Source of the DNA: Piscirickettsiaceae bacterium
Lineage (GTDB): Bacteria; Pseudomonadota; Gammaproteobacteria; Nitrosococcales; Methylophagaceae
Reading direction: 5' to 3'
Length of the DNA: 24,000 bases
Assembly (NCBI GenBank): GCA_024685995.1
Contig: JAIBDY010000008.1
Location: forward strand, 1 to 24,000
Below are positions 1 through 8,971 of this stretch, one piece after another. The stretch's first letter is position 1; each line of letters begins with the position of its first letter. The translations under genes were made by a program, and so were the position numbers. The notes beneath the pieces are model-generated. The model saw nothing but the letters and a program-made list of their open reading frames with translations. It did not search any database and was not told the DNA's origin.

Positions 1-616
1 CTTTCCTGGGATGCAGTTACAGGAATCTGAATGGCAGGCGTGTTTAGCGACCGTCAATAACCTCAAAACCAAACCAGAATATATGGTGCTCAGCGGTAGT
101 TTGCCTACAGGGGTGCCCGATGACTTTCTGGGTCGTGTCGCTAGAATGGCTGCAAAACAAGGGATAAAAGTGATTCTGGACACCTCTGGTAATGCGTTGA
201 TAGCGCCATTGAAAGTCGGCGTTTACATGGCAAAACTTAATCTCAAGGAGTTTTATCAACTGGGCTATACCGGTGAGAACGATCATAACAAGCAATTGGC
301 TGCTATGGCCAAGATGGTAGAAGATGGCTTTGCCCATATTCTGGTTTTGACCCTCGGCGATCAAGGTGCGCTTCTAGCCGACCGGAATGGTAAGCTGATG
401 CATATCGCAGCTCCTTTCACCAACGTTGTCAGCCATGTTGGTGCCGGTGACAGTTTTGTTTCTTTAATGTTATACCAGTTATGTTCGGGAAAAACGGTTG
501 AAGAAGCCTTTCGATTTGGGGTTGCGGCAGCAGCAGCGGCCATACAAACAACGGGCAATCAAATTCAGGATATGCACAGTGTCGAGAAAATTTACCGTGA
601 GCTTGGCGGAAATTAA
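1..616 (+). CDS. PfkB-family sugar/sugar-phosphate kinase (1-phosphofructokinase / tagatose-6-P kinase-like); 5' end lies outside the window (frame continues from nt 2)
   Basis: The frame is open to the left edge (FPG precedes the first M). LSGSLPTGVPDDF and HVGAGDSF...AAAAAAIQTTG match the PfkB/ribokinase-family C-terminal signature (GAGD). The stop codon is at 614-616. Confidence 0.8.
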   Translation, partial: FPGMQLQESEWQACLATVNNLKTKPEYMVLSGSLPTGVPDDFLGRVARMAAKQGIKVILDTSGNALIAPLKVGVYMAKLNLKEFYQLGYTGENDHNKQLAAMAKMVEDGFAHILVLTLGDQGALLADRNGKLMHIAAPFTNVVSHVGAGDSFVSLMLYQLCSGKTVEEAFRFGVAAAAAAIQTTGNQIQDMHSVEKIYRELGGN

Positions 617-883
617 ACTACGACAGTCAGCCGATTCGATCTCCGTTGGCTTATGATTTACAGAACGCATTACGTTTCTTCGACTTAGTAACAAATTGCC
701 GGAGGAATATTTCGCTTAAATTCTATCTAAGATCGATTAATTTAGACGGAATGGAGTAAGCAAATATGGTTTAGAAATCTTCAATTTAATTTAGTCATTA
801 CACTTGTTAACTTGTACTTAAAATCCATCTGCTTCACGGCCGTGCCGGTTCTATTCCGGCCCTAGGTACCAACAAATACGATG

Positions 884-913
884 CCCAGCAGTTAATTCTG
901 CTGGGGCTTTTTT
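884..913 (+). terminator. Rho-independent terminator (8-bp GC-rich stem, 6-nt loop, T6 tail)
   Basis: CCCAGCAG (884-891), loop ttaatt, CTGCTGGG (898-905), then gcTTTTTT (908-913). It lies about 270 nt downstream of the kinase stop, so it may end a separate short transcript. Confidence 0.7.
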
Positions 914-1316
914 GTCTAGTATATATGAAGGTCTTGCGTTATTTTTGAACGCCCAAAAGGCCGCCAGACAAATAATATTTCGTGTTGTTTCATTACTTCA
1001 AGGGCGTTATCGAATTCTGGGATTAGGCAAAACCGGTATGAGCTTTGTCTACGATAAAAAAGCACCGAGAGTTTATATTTTTTGGGCGTGGTTGCCTTAC
1101 CTACACAGCTGATGACTCAAACCATGCCCTATCAGTCCCTTCGACTGAATTATTCATGTATGCAGATAGCTCCCGATTGGTGCAATGCTCTTTCCGATTT
1201 TTCTTCATTTTGATAGACAAAATAGTAGTTCATAGCTTTCCCTGCCTGATTCCTGACACTTTAACACCTAGCTCAAGCGTGCACGAAGTGCGTCGCTTGC
1301 AGCTGTTTATTATGCA

Positions 1317-1865
1317 TTACTTGGCCAACGATATTCCTTGTAATTCTATGCGAAGTTCTGTCAATTTATTAAGCAGCCCTTCAATATTTTTCTGGGCTGA
1401 ACCTTCATTGGCAAGCCTCAGTCTTTTTACAGCTGCGAAAGCGTCACCTACACCAGCGGTATGCGGTGCTATCACCGTGTCGTCAAAAACTACTGAGCCG
1501 TTATCTGTGTTGGATAAAATATATCGAACATGCGTAGTGACCTCTAAATTCAATCCAAATAGTGGTTGGTCGACCTTAAGCATTTTTACCTCTAACTGAT
1601 ATTTTCCGTTATCTGAATAGAGGCCCTGAGATTTGAGGCTCTTTTTTACAGCACCAGAAAATGCTTCATTATCAATTTCTGAGGTCCACGCAGGGTTCGT
1701 TTTTTCACCACCGGACACTTCCCCAAGCCCCAAGTTTTCTTTCATTTCACCAGAGTATTCTTTTTGTTCACCGTGGAAAACCATGTTCTCCATCTTTGCG
1801 CCTGAAGCACATCCCCAAAGATATGAGCATATAATTAGAACAAACGTAACCCTTATAAATTTCAC
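1317..1865 (-). CDS. Lipoprotein of unknown function (182 aa)
   Basis: GTG start preceded by a strong SD (AAGGAG plus a 6-nt spacer). Signal peptide with lipobox MKFIRVTFVLIICSYLWG|C. The overlapping antisense ORF at 1045-1599 is judged a shadow. Confidence 0.8.
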   Translation of the reverse strand: MKFIRVTFVLIICSYLWGCASGAKMENMVFHGEQKEYSGEMKENLGLGEVSGGEKTNPAWTSEIDNEAFSGAVKKSLKSQGLYSDNGKYQLEVKMLKVDQPLFGLNLEVTTHVRYILSNTDNGSVVFDDTVIAPHTAGVGDAFAAVKRLRLANEGSAQKNIEGLLNKLTELRIELQGISLAK

Positions 1866-1902
1866 TTTTTTCTCCTTAGTTTGTATTGTATAAACAGTGT
1901 GT

Positions 1903-1925
1903 TTATGAAGCCTGTGGCTTCATAA
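1903..1925. promoter_or_regulatory. Perfect inverted repeat TTATGAAGCC-tgt-GGCTTCATAA; candidate operator in the lipoprotein/MCP divergent region
   Basis: The 10-bp arms are exactly complementary with a 3-nt spacer. The repeat is centred about 50 bp upstream of the lipoprotein GTG. Its function is inferred only. Confidence 0.35.
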
Positions 1926-2307
1926 TAATTATTAAGTCATTGAAATTCATAGGCACATTTAGATTAGAGTTATTTTAAAGCAGGAGTTATCAGGCCAGCA
2001 TTAGTCGCCATTTAGTGGCAAATAAGGCCTAGAACAGATTGTGTGCTTTTGTCTCAAGGATGAGGCTGTGATCATGCGTAAATCTCCTTTTTTCGATCTA
2101 TTGAGTCCTTTATGTTTCAGGTAGGTATAGTAACCGTACCGTGTCAATTTATTTGCATTGGATGAAATATTTCATACTCTTTAATAATAAGCAACACTAT
2201 AGATATTTAGGGGAGCTATGACATAGCGCCACAGTTTGGTGTCATATTCGTGTAATAAATAGCTTATATACTCTAAAGTCCCGCATAACTTACTCTCTAG
2301 ATTATTT

Positions 2308-4245
2308 GTGAAACTCGTTACCGCATCCAAACTACTTCTTTCGGCGATTGTTTTTTTGATTTCAGTATCCATAGCTATTGGTATATGGGGGTGGAATGAG
2401 CTGGATAAACCCTATCAAATTAACCAGGATTTCCAGAAGCGCAAGGCCTTATTTGATGTCGATGTGCGTATTTTATTAGAACGCTATCTGGCTTCTGGGA
2501 ATGCAGATTTACTCCAGCAGGCTGAAAGTAAACTGGCGCAATTGATCGAAAGTGACATCGAATGGCTAGAGGAAGAAGACAATGAAAATATTAAACATGC
2601 TGTCAAAGCGATTCAAGAAAATGTCCAGCTTATCCGAGCCGCGGGTAAGTTAGCTGCGGATCCTCAAGGGTTATTAATCAATAATGAACGAGAACGCTCG
2701 GGTGATATTAATTTATTATTGAGCTATGTCAATAAAACCAAGGGTGAGCGCTTAGCTTTACAGGTCGCTTTTCTATCAGAATTGACCCGTCTGAGTGAAG
2801 CACTTAATCAGATTGGGCGCTTGAGACAACAATATTTTGGCGCGACGGATGTCAACGTGCAAGCAGCGTTGGTGAGTAAAAATGAAGAGGTCTTGATGCG
2901 TGCCCAAGCATTACTTTCGTTGCCTAGTTTAGGCATTTATAGCGAGGTTGATGAGGATGCTTTGGTGGCCGAAGAGCCTGAAGAAATTGGTCAAAGAAGC
3001 ATTCAGTCCATTATTTCATTGACGAAAAGATATGATAAAGAGCTTGAGAACACGATTAATCTAGATCAACGCATGCAAGAGAGCCGTGTCGTGTTGATTG
3101 ACTCGTTAACGGCACTATCGACATTATTGACCAATCTTTCCGGTCAGATTGAGCTGATAAAGTCGAATATTTCGACGAAGGTTGCATTGATGCTGTTGGT
3201 GTCAATCGGCTTAGTAGTGATAGCTGTTGCGGCCTTGTTTTTCTTGCAAAATAGGATGATAGGCTTTTTAATTCAACTCGAGTCCTTTTTTAGAAAATTG
3301 CTCAATGCAGACTATAAGCAGCAGCTCAACTCAAATTTTAATTTTAAAGAAGTGCTGTCGGTCGAAAACTCGGGACGACAACTACAAACTTATTTAGCCA
3401 GCCTCGTTGATAAGTTAAGTTCTGAATCTGAAAGAGTTGTATCTGCCTGTAATGAAATGCAATCGGTATCTGCAACGGCGGTCGATTTAACAAGAAAACA
3501 AGACGAATCAACAGCTCATGTAGCCGCTGCGGTGACGGAATTATCCTACTCATTTAAAGAAGTTGCTAATAATGCAGCGAATGCCTCTGAATCCGCTAAC
3601 GTTGCCGATGATGCGACATTGGCTGCCAAGCAACAATTATCGTTAGCCGCCACTGCGACGCAAAAGATGGTGACTGATTTATTAACCGTAGAAGAGGTGA
3701 TGGTACGCCTTGAAAAAGGTGGGGAAAGTATTGGTGTCGTCTTAGAGGTGATTCGCGGCGTTGCAGAACAAACCAATTTATTAGCATTAAACGCGGCGAT
3801 AGAGGCCGCCCGTGCAGGCGACCATGGTCGCGGTTTTGCCGTGGTGGCTGACGAAGTAAGACAATTGGCCTCTCGCACAACACAGTCAACAGAAGAGATT
3901 CGCAATATTATTCAAGATGTTATCGCAATCAGTGCTGAAGCAACGCAGACACTGAAACAACAAAGCCAAGAAGCTTCATATTGCGCTCAGCAAGCCACGG
4001 ACGCTGAAACGGCGATAACGCCTGTGGTGTTAGCGGTTGAAAATATTAAGGCGCTTAATACAGCTATCGCAGTAGCGACACAAGAGCAAACTTTGACCGT
4101 AGATGAAATAGCGCGCAATACGGAAGAAATCAAAGTGAATTCGGAGTTTGTCAATTCGAATATCTCTGATATTAAACGGGCAGGGGATAGCTTGTTGGAT
4201 GTGAGCGAGACATTGAATGGCTTAATTCGACAACTCAAATCTTAG
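2308..4245 (+). CDS. Methyl-accepting chemotaxis protein (645 aa)
   Basis: TM1 is [21 protein letters not shown], followed by a helical periplasmic region of about 260 aa and TM2 [22 protein letters not shown]. The canonical MCP signalling hairpin [38 protein letters not shown] is present. The GTG start has no obvious SD, so the start is less certain than the gene. Confidence 0.95.
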   Translation: MKLVTASKLLLSAIVFLISVSIAIGIWGWNELDKPYQINQDFQKRKALFDVDVRILLERYLASGNADLLQQAESKLAQLIESDIEWLEEEDNENIKHAVKAIQENVQLIRAAGKLAADPQGLLINNERERSGDINLLLSYVNKTKGERLALQVAFLSELTRLSEALNQIGRLRQQYFGATDVNVQAALVSKNEEVLMRAQALLSLPSLGIYSEVDEDALVAEEPEEIGQRSIQSIISLTKRYDKELENTINLDQRMQESRVVLIDSLTALSTLLTNLSGQIELIKSNISTKVALMLLVSIGLVVIAVAALFFLQNRMIGFLIQLESFFRKLLNADYKQQLNSNFNFKEVLSVENSGRQLQTYLASLVDKLSSESERVVSACNEMQSVSATAVDLTRKQDESTAHVAAAVTELSYSFKEVANNAANASESANVADDATLAAKQQLSLAATATQKMVTDLLTVEEVMVRLEKGGESIGVVLEVIRGVAEQTNLLALNAAIEAARAGDHGRGFAVVADEVRQLASRTTQSTEEIRNIIQDVIAISAEATQTLKQQSQEASYCAQQATDAETAITPVVLAVENIKALNTAIAVATQEQTLTVDEIARNTEEIKVNSEFVNSNISDIKRAGDSLLDVSETLNGLIRQLKS

Positions 4246-5027
4246 TGAAGGCACTAGCCTTTAGCTTCACCGCCATCGGGTCGGCCGCCGCCTTGACATG
4301 TCATGGTTGTCAAACCAACCACAAAAAAACAATGGGGTTTCAATCGACTTGTATATCTAATCGTATTGCCTATATAATCAGACAGGTAATGAGAAGCACG
4401 TCACAAAATATTTAAACGCTAGGCCGTTTAAATGACGAGCATGGATATTGGGTTCAATAAAGAGCCTTGTTCAAATAGCACGAATTCACCAACTATCCAC
4501 AGACCTAACCAGATAATTTAGCCCCTGAAAGTGCTGAATGTCAGTATGCGATTATCTTAAGCGATGGATTATGGAATTATTTTAAGGTGCTTTTATCGAA
4601 ATATAAAGGCGCAGGTATTCGACGATATGAATAGCATGCCTATTCTCTTATAAGTTATAAATGAATTTAGATGACCTACTTAAGCGATAGACAAATTAAA
4701 CAATTATTGTGCGATTACTTCTCAAAAGTAAGTGCCGAGCCTCATGGCGTCAGAACAAAAATACGCAGTCGTCCCCGGTCAGCCAATACTAGTTCATATA
4801 ATAAGGCTGATTCATTGGCCGAGAGTAGCTTGTAGCATCAAACTGCTTGCGCATCGGACGCATGCAATTACGTTCTATTTAGCCTGGAACAAAAAAGAAT
4901 ATCGTTGCTGACCACTCAGCTCAGGCTTCCGCCTTCTCAAAACTCTAAAAGAGATGCTTACAAAGTGTCGTTCTGGTCATTCTAAGCACTTATTTTAATC
5001 GGGCTTTATTAGCTCTATCTCATCGCG

Positions 5028-6416
5028 CTACTGTTTAAGCTCTAGCTTAATGATCTGCAAGATCCAATCTCTTAGTTTAGTCAATTCTTGTGCATCGAGC
5101 CCTTGATGGGCTTTTTGTAGCAGCTGAGTGAGTTGGACTTGGTCGGATTTATTCAATCGATTAAAGCGGTCGCTAAAATAGTTGTTGTCACCGTTAACGC
5201 TGGCTACGGTGCGATCAGCATGTGTGCGTTTGAGGACCAGATCTAAAAAAGCGACGGCGCGGCCTAATAATGCAAAGCTGAACGTTAGGTTTTTAATAGG
5301 GCCTGCGGTCAGTGTTTTACCCGCGACAGGCAGGCCTTGGATAGTCAAATTTTCAGGTGTTGCGGTGGCAAAAATTGAAGCGGCGCCGGACAGTAGGCCG
5401 CCAGTCAGCGCGCCGGTCATGAGCGAAGCACCGCCGACGCCGATATCGATAACAACTCCAGCCGCGGCGCCGGCCGAGGCGGAGAGCATGACGATTTTTT
5501 TTCGATCGAGACCATATAAATACCAATGGCTACTGTCAAATAGATCGGGGTAGTCGATGTCTAATGTCGGCGTATCAATATGCATTTCAGGATGGGCATA
5601 TAAAGCTTGGAGTTGGTTTTGCATATCGGTTTCAGTTTGGCGTAACGCTTGTTGGTATTCGGCTTTTAATGTTTTTTCTAGTGTTTGTTGCACAAATTCT
5701 GCGGGGACTTTGGTTTCGCTAACATGGCTCAGCATTTGGGCGAGATGCTCTGCCACCAATAATGCCGCTTGCTGCTCTATGCGTTTAAAATAGTCCTGCA
5801 GCGTGTCGATGGTGGACTCAAGGGCGTGACGCCATGGTTCATACAGTTCTGCAAAGGCGGTCAGGATCGTGAATTGTTTTTGCTGGTCAGCGGTCATGGG
5901 ATCAAAGACACGTACCACGCTGAAAAATTGATTCAATGCATTTTGCCATTCTTGAACATAAGCCTCGCCTCCGATGGGGTTGATGAGCGCCATTCGCGGC
6001 TGACTGGTCCATTGTAGGATGGTCATTTCGGCTTCAAATTCTGGACTATAAGGTCGCGAGCCATCGATGACATAAATAATGCCCGCGCCGTCTAGAATAG
6101 GTTGCAATAGCGCGATTTCATCTTGGAATTTGGTATTGCCCTCGTGACGTTGTTGGCTAACAAAGTCTTGTATGACTTGTTGACGCTCGGCAGCATTGGG
6201 CGAGTGTTGCTGCAACCACGATAAGACTTGGCGAGGGCGTTGAAATCCGGGGGTGTCTATCAAGCGATATTGGGGGATACCGTCAATATTGAGTTCAAAG
6301 GCTTGTGCTGAAGTCGTGGTGCCTGAAATTTCAGAGATTTTGACGGCATCTTGCCGGGTTAAGGTCGCGACAATACTCGACTTCCCCTTATTCGGGGCGC
6401 CTACCACAGCAAACAT
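5028..6416 (-). CDS. Membrane-associated GTPase, GTPase/DUF3482-like (N-terminal MMR_HSR1-type G domain plus a long C-terminal domain)
   Basis: G1 is GAPNKGKSS, G2 is SGTTT, G3 is DTPGF. There is a Gly/Ala-rich hydrophobic stretch, SASAGAAAGVVIDIGVGGASLMTGALTGGLLSGAASIFATA. I prefer the ATG at 6416 (MFAVVGAPNKGKSS) because GAGGTGA sits 8 nt upstream. The track start at 6440 has no SD. Family name is from recall. Confidence 0.85.
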   Translation of the reverse strand: MFAVVGAPNKGKSSIVATLTRQDAVKISEISGTTTSAQAFELNIDGIPQYRLIDTPGFQRPRQVLSWLQQHSPNAAERQQVIQDFVSQQRHEGNTKFQDEIALLQPILDGAGIIYVIDGSRPYSPEFEAEMTILQWTSQPRMALINPIGGEAYVQEWQNALNQFFSVVRVFDPMTADQQKQFTILTAFAELYEPWRHALESTIDTLQDYFKRIEQQAALLVAEHLAQMLSHVSETKVPAEFVQQTLEKTLKAEYQQALRQTETDMQNQLQALYAHPEMHIDTPTLDIDYPDLFDSSHWYLYGLDRKKIVMLSASAGAAAGVVIDIGVGGASLMTGALTGGLLSGAASIFATATPENLTIQGLPVAGKTLTAGPIKNLTFSFALLGRAVAFLDLVLKRTHADRTVASVNGDNNYFSDRFNRLNKSDQVQLTQLLQKAHQGLDAQELTKLRDWILQIIKLELKQ

Positions 6417-6429
6417 GGGGACCGTCACC

Positions 6430-7719
6430 TCAGCGCCCATTTTTTAAGCTAATGTGGTGCTGTTGGGCAAAAAACTGCCAAGATTTCAGTTGGCTTGCAT
6501 AACGAGCGTTATCGATCTCTTGGCTGAATAAGACTAAGTCTACGGCGGTGTGTTGTTGTAAAAGCTCAATACTGTCGGCCAATTCGCCGGTTGGCGTTTG
6601 CGCGGGGTCAACAATCATCAGTACTGGCCTTGTCCGCTTGTTGGCAGGCGACGTTAACCATTGTGCATCTTCAAGCCAGTTTGCATTGCCTAGGTTTTTG
6701 ACAGTGGCCAACGCACATTTTGGTTGCTGCCAACTGATGAGATCGACACCGGGCTGGTGGATGTCGATGGGCTCGAGCGAGGCATACCCCGCTTCAGAAA
6801 TCATCGGTTGCTGGCTCACTTGATGGGTTTGTGCGACGAGGAATTGTTCGATATCGCCACTATTGATGATGCTCCAGCGTAGCTGTTTCACAAGACGTTG
6901 ACGTAAGAATACAGCGAGTAATAACCGCGGCAAAATGCCATATACGATCATCGCCATCACCAAGGTCAACCACCAACTTTCTCCTGAAACGCCATAAAAT
7001 GCACTATCTTGCACGACCAAGCGACTCTGGCTAATCAGTTCTGCGCTGGGCGATGCAATAAACCAGTGCCATGGCCAAGAGAGTAGGGTCATCAATTGCG
7101 TCATGGTTGTATCGTTAGTGATGAGTGTTGACGACCAAGCAAAACGGTAGTCTTGGAAAGTTGCCAAGACGAAAAAGCCGAATAATGCTGAGGCGGAAAA
7201 CCATAAAGCCAATGTTTGGCTTTGCCAAAATAACCATGGTAATAATAGGTTTTTATAAGGTGAAAAGGGGCTTAAGCCGAGTTTCTTAACCAGTATGGCT
7301 TGAAAAGGGTGCCCAGCAATATGTTGTTTTGACGGGGAGAAAACGGAAAAATAAACGCTACTCAAGGTCAACAACAACGGAATAAAGGCAAATAAGGCGA
7401 GCGGCAGCCATAAATTAATAGGTTGGGTAGGGTTGTAGTTGAGTACGCTAACCATAGTCGCAAAACCTGTAATGGCTGCTATCAGGCCGAGGAATCCGAA
7501 AAACCAAGGCTTCGGCGTTATCATGCGTTGTTGTTTTCGCCATTGATTTAAATAGTCGTTGGTCGAAGAGGCTTGTCGTACGGGGTTCTCTAAATGGGGC
7601 AATTTAAGCTTGTTGTGTGCGACAAAGAGACGAAAGTTTAGCCACTGAAACAGTGCCGTGTTCGTACCGTTTTTGAAGAAAAAATGTAATATCGCTTTTG
7701 TCGGTAATGATGATGCCAT
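6430..7719 (-). CDS. Polytopic inner-membrane protein, DUF2868-like (429 aa); first gene of the pair with the downstream GTPase
   Basis: At least four hydrophobic helices are visible: FFGFLGLIAAITGFATMVSVL, LWLPLALFAFIPLLLTLSSVYFSVF, TLALWFSASALFGFFVLATF and WWLTLVMAMIVYGILPRLLLAVFL. A soluble C-terminal region of about 130 aa follows. The stop codon is 13 nt before the GTPase ATG. Family name is from recall of the DUF2868/DUF3482 gene pairing. Confidence 0.75.
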   Translation of the reverse strand: MASSLPTKAILHFFFKNGTNTALFQWLNFRLFVAHNKLKLPHLENPVRQASSTNDYLNQWRKQQRMITPKPWFFGFLGLIAAITGFATMVSVLNYNPTQPINLWLPLALFAFIPLLLTLSSVYFSVFSPSKQHIAGHPFQAILVKKLGLSPFSPYKNLLLPWLFWQSQTLALWFSASALFGFFVLATFQDYRFAWSSTLITNDTTMTQLMTLLSWPWHWFIASPSAELISQSRLVVQDSAFYGVSGESWWLTLVMAMIVYGILPRLLLAVFLRQRLVKQLRWSIINSGDIEQFLVAQTHQVSQQPMISEAGYASLEPIDIHQPGVDLISWQQPKCALATVKNLGNANWLEDAQWLTSPANKRTRPVLMIVDPAQTPTGELADSIELLQQHTAVDLVLFSQEIDNARYASQLKSWQFFAQQHHISLKNGR

Positions 7720-7966
7720 AGCTAACCTAAGTTCCCAAGACGATGCCCGAGTGTTTGTTTTGGTGTTTCGTGCGATACAACTAAGATAACAGTATAACTA
7801 ACAAACCGCGCCAGCATTTCATGTTAAGTCTGCAGTATAAACCGAGTTCATGTGGCACATTAGCGATAAGAGATAAATTTATAATTTGTTCCATGTGAAG
7901 CATTATTCAAAGCAAAACACAAAGCTTCCCGCTCAAAGGGCATGCAGATTCAATTTAGGCTTGCGG

Positions 7967-8971
7967 TTAGTAGGTGATAGTGACGGTCACAGTATCACTG
8001 TAACTGCCGCTGGGTATCGATTGGGGGGCGGGAACACGACCATAAATGGTCAGGTTCTGGCTGCTTCCTGTACCAGTGTTATTGGCCGTATCGACATCAA
8101 GGGTGTTACCCCAGCGTAGATTGTGAGCACTGTCGCGGTAAAGTTCATATTGAACATAATTACTGGAGGCATCAAGACGCATACGGCGGACTGTCCCATT
8201 GGCATGGAGGCCATTATCGAGCGATACTTTCCATGGTGTGGTCTTGGTGCAAGTAAAGCTGAAGTTAGTGGTTTGATCATTATTATTGTTGATCAAGCCG
8301 GGTACAGTACCAAAGTTGAGGTCGTTGACAACATCGATCTCGCAACTGGCAGGCACAACGGCGCTAGCGCTGAAGGGAAAAGTAATACTGCCGCCACCGT
8401 TGCCACCACTGGTGCAACTAGCAGGCCAGCTTGGTGTGCCTAATACTTCTTCTGCATAACGATAATCTAAGCGGGTATGACCACCAGTGAATAGGCTCTG
8501 GTAATTGTCGGCGGCGAGGCCAAGTTGTGCGGGCACTTGACCATACAGCGTGACCGATTCCATGCCTGAGCCGCCCAATACTGGGACGGCATACTGTAGG
8601 TCAATATCGACATCATCAGTGACACTGTCTCCCCAAGTTTGGCTACGACTTGCATCACGATAGATTTGAAATTGTAATGGGGCTAGTGAAGCGTTACTCA
8701 TGTTCCGAGAGTTAATGCTACTACCCGTGGCGCTACCCGCACCAAGATTAAGACACATGCGTACTCGGGCGTTGGCTAATACAGATAAACCGGCAGTGTG
8801 GCAATCGACCGTCACCGTCGCCGTATTATTTTGCATCGTGCCCATACTGATATTACCAAAGGTTAAATTACTGGCACTCGCACTACAGTCGGTTATCGAA
8901 ACAGCCTTGCATGGGAAGCCGAACAAAGTGATGATAAATAGGCTCGCGATTGGCTGATTTACTGTTGTCAT
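7967..8971 (-). CDS. Two-domain spore-coat-U (SCPU) protein; putative tip subunit/adhesin of a Csu-type pilus (CsuE-like position)
   Basis: It is the last gene of the operon. It carries two tandem pilin-like modules, ending VTLYGQVPAQ... and LTIYGRVPAPQSIPSGSYSDTVTVTITY, the same C-terminal motif as the upstream pilin. I prefer the ATG at 8971, which forms an ATGA overlap with the usher stop. The track start at 8992 has no SD. Confidence 0.8.
   Translation of the reverse strand: MTTVNQPIASLFIITLFGFPCKAVSITDCSASASNLTFGNISMGTMQNNTATVTVDCHTAGLSVLANARVRMCLNLGAGSATGSSINSRNMSNASLAPLQFQIYRDASRSQTWGDSVTDDVDIDLQYAVPVLGGSGMESVTLYGQVPAQLGLAADNYQSLFTGGHTRLDYRYAEEVLGTPSWPASCTSGGNGGGSITFPFSASAVVPASCEIDVVNDLNFGTVPGLINNNNDQTTNFSFTCTKTTPWKVSLDNGLHANGTVRRMRLDASSNYVQYELYRDSAHNLRWGNTLDVDTANNTGTGSSQNLTIYGRVPAPQSIPSGSYSDTVTVTITY

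Noticed and set aside
837-871. Possible tRNA gene (T-arm-like hairpin followed by ...ACCA).
   Set aside because: There is no complementary 5' acceptor strand, D-arm or anticodon arm in the preceding 80 nt. The 7-nt loop TTCTATT breaks the conserved T-loop purine. It is not an intact tRNA or tmRNA, and I keep it only as a fragment/sRNA hypothesis.
1045-1599. A 184-aa + strand ORF, and the 66-aa ORF at 912-1112.
   Set aside because: The 184-aa ORF runs antisense across the lipoprotein gene. Neither ORF has an SD, both have Ser/Phe/Leu-rich low-information sequence, and neither shows a family hallmark. The - strand lipoprotein has a strong SD and a lipobox. I treat both as shadow ORFs.
2181-2372. 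A 63-aa - strand ORF overlapping the MCP start.
   Set aside because: It has no SD, overlaps the MCP 5' end on the opposite strand, and has no recognisable features.
3344-4238. Several - strand ORFs (69-119 aa) inside the MCP gene.
   Set aside because: They lie antisense to, or out of frame with, a gene whose MCP signalling domain is unmistakable. Their compositions are typical of shadow frames (Ala/Ser/Arg-rich).
5182-6447. + strand ORFs (64-123 aa) antisense to the GTPase gene, plus 6548-6823 antisense to the DUF2868-like gene.
   Set aside because: They are shadow frames of well-supported - strand genes, with no SD and no motifs.
7720-7966. Terminator for the pilus operon and promoter for the DUF2868 operon, plus a CAGTATAA direct repeat.
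   Set aside because: There is only a 3-bp CCC/GGG stem followed by T-rich sequence, and no convincing -35/-10 pair. The evidence is too weak to annotate.
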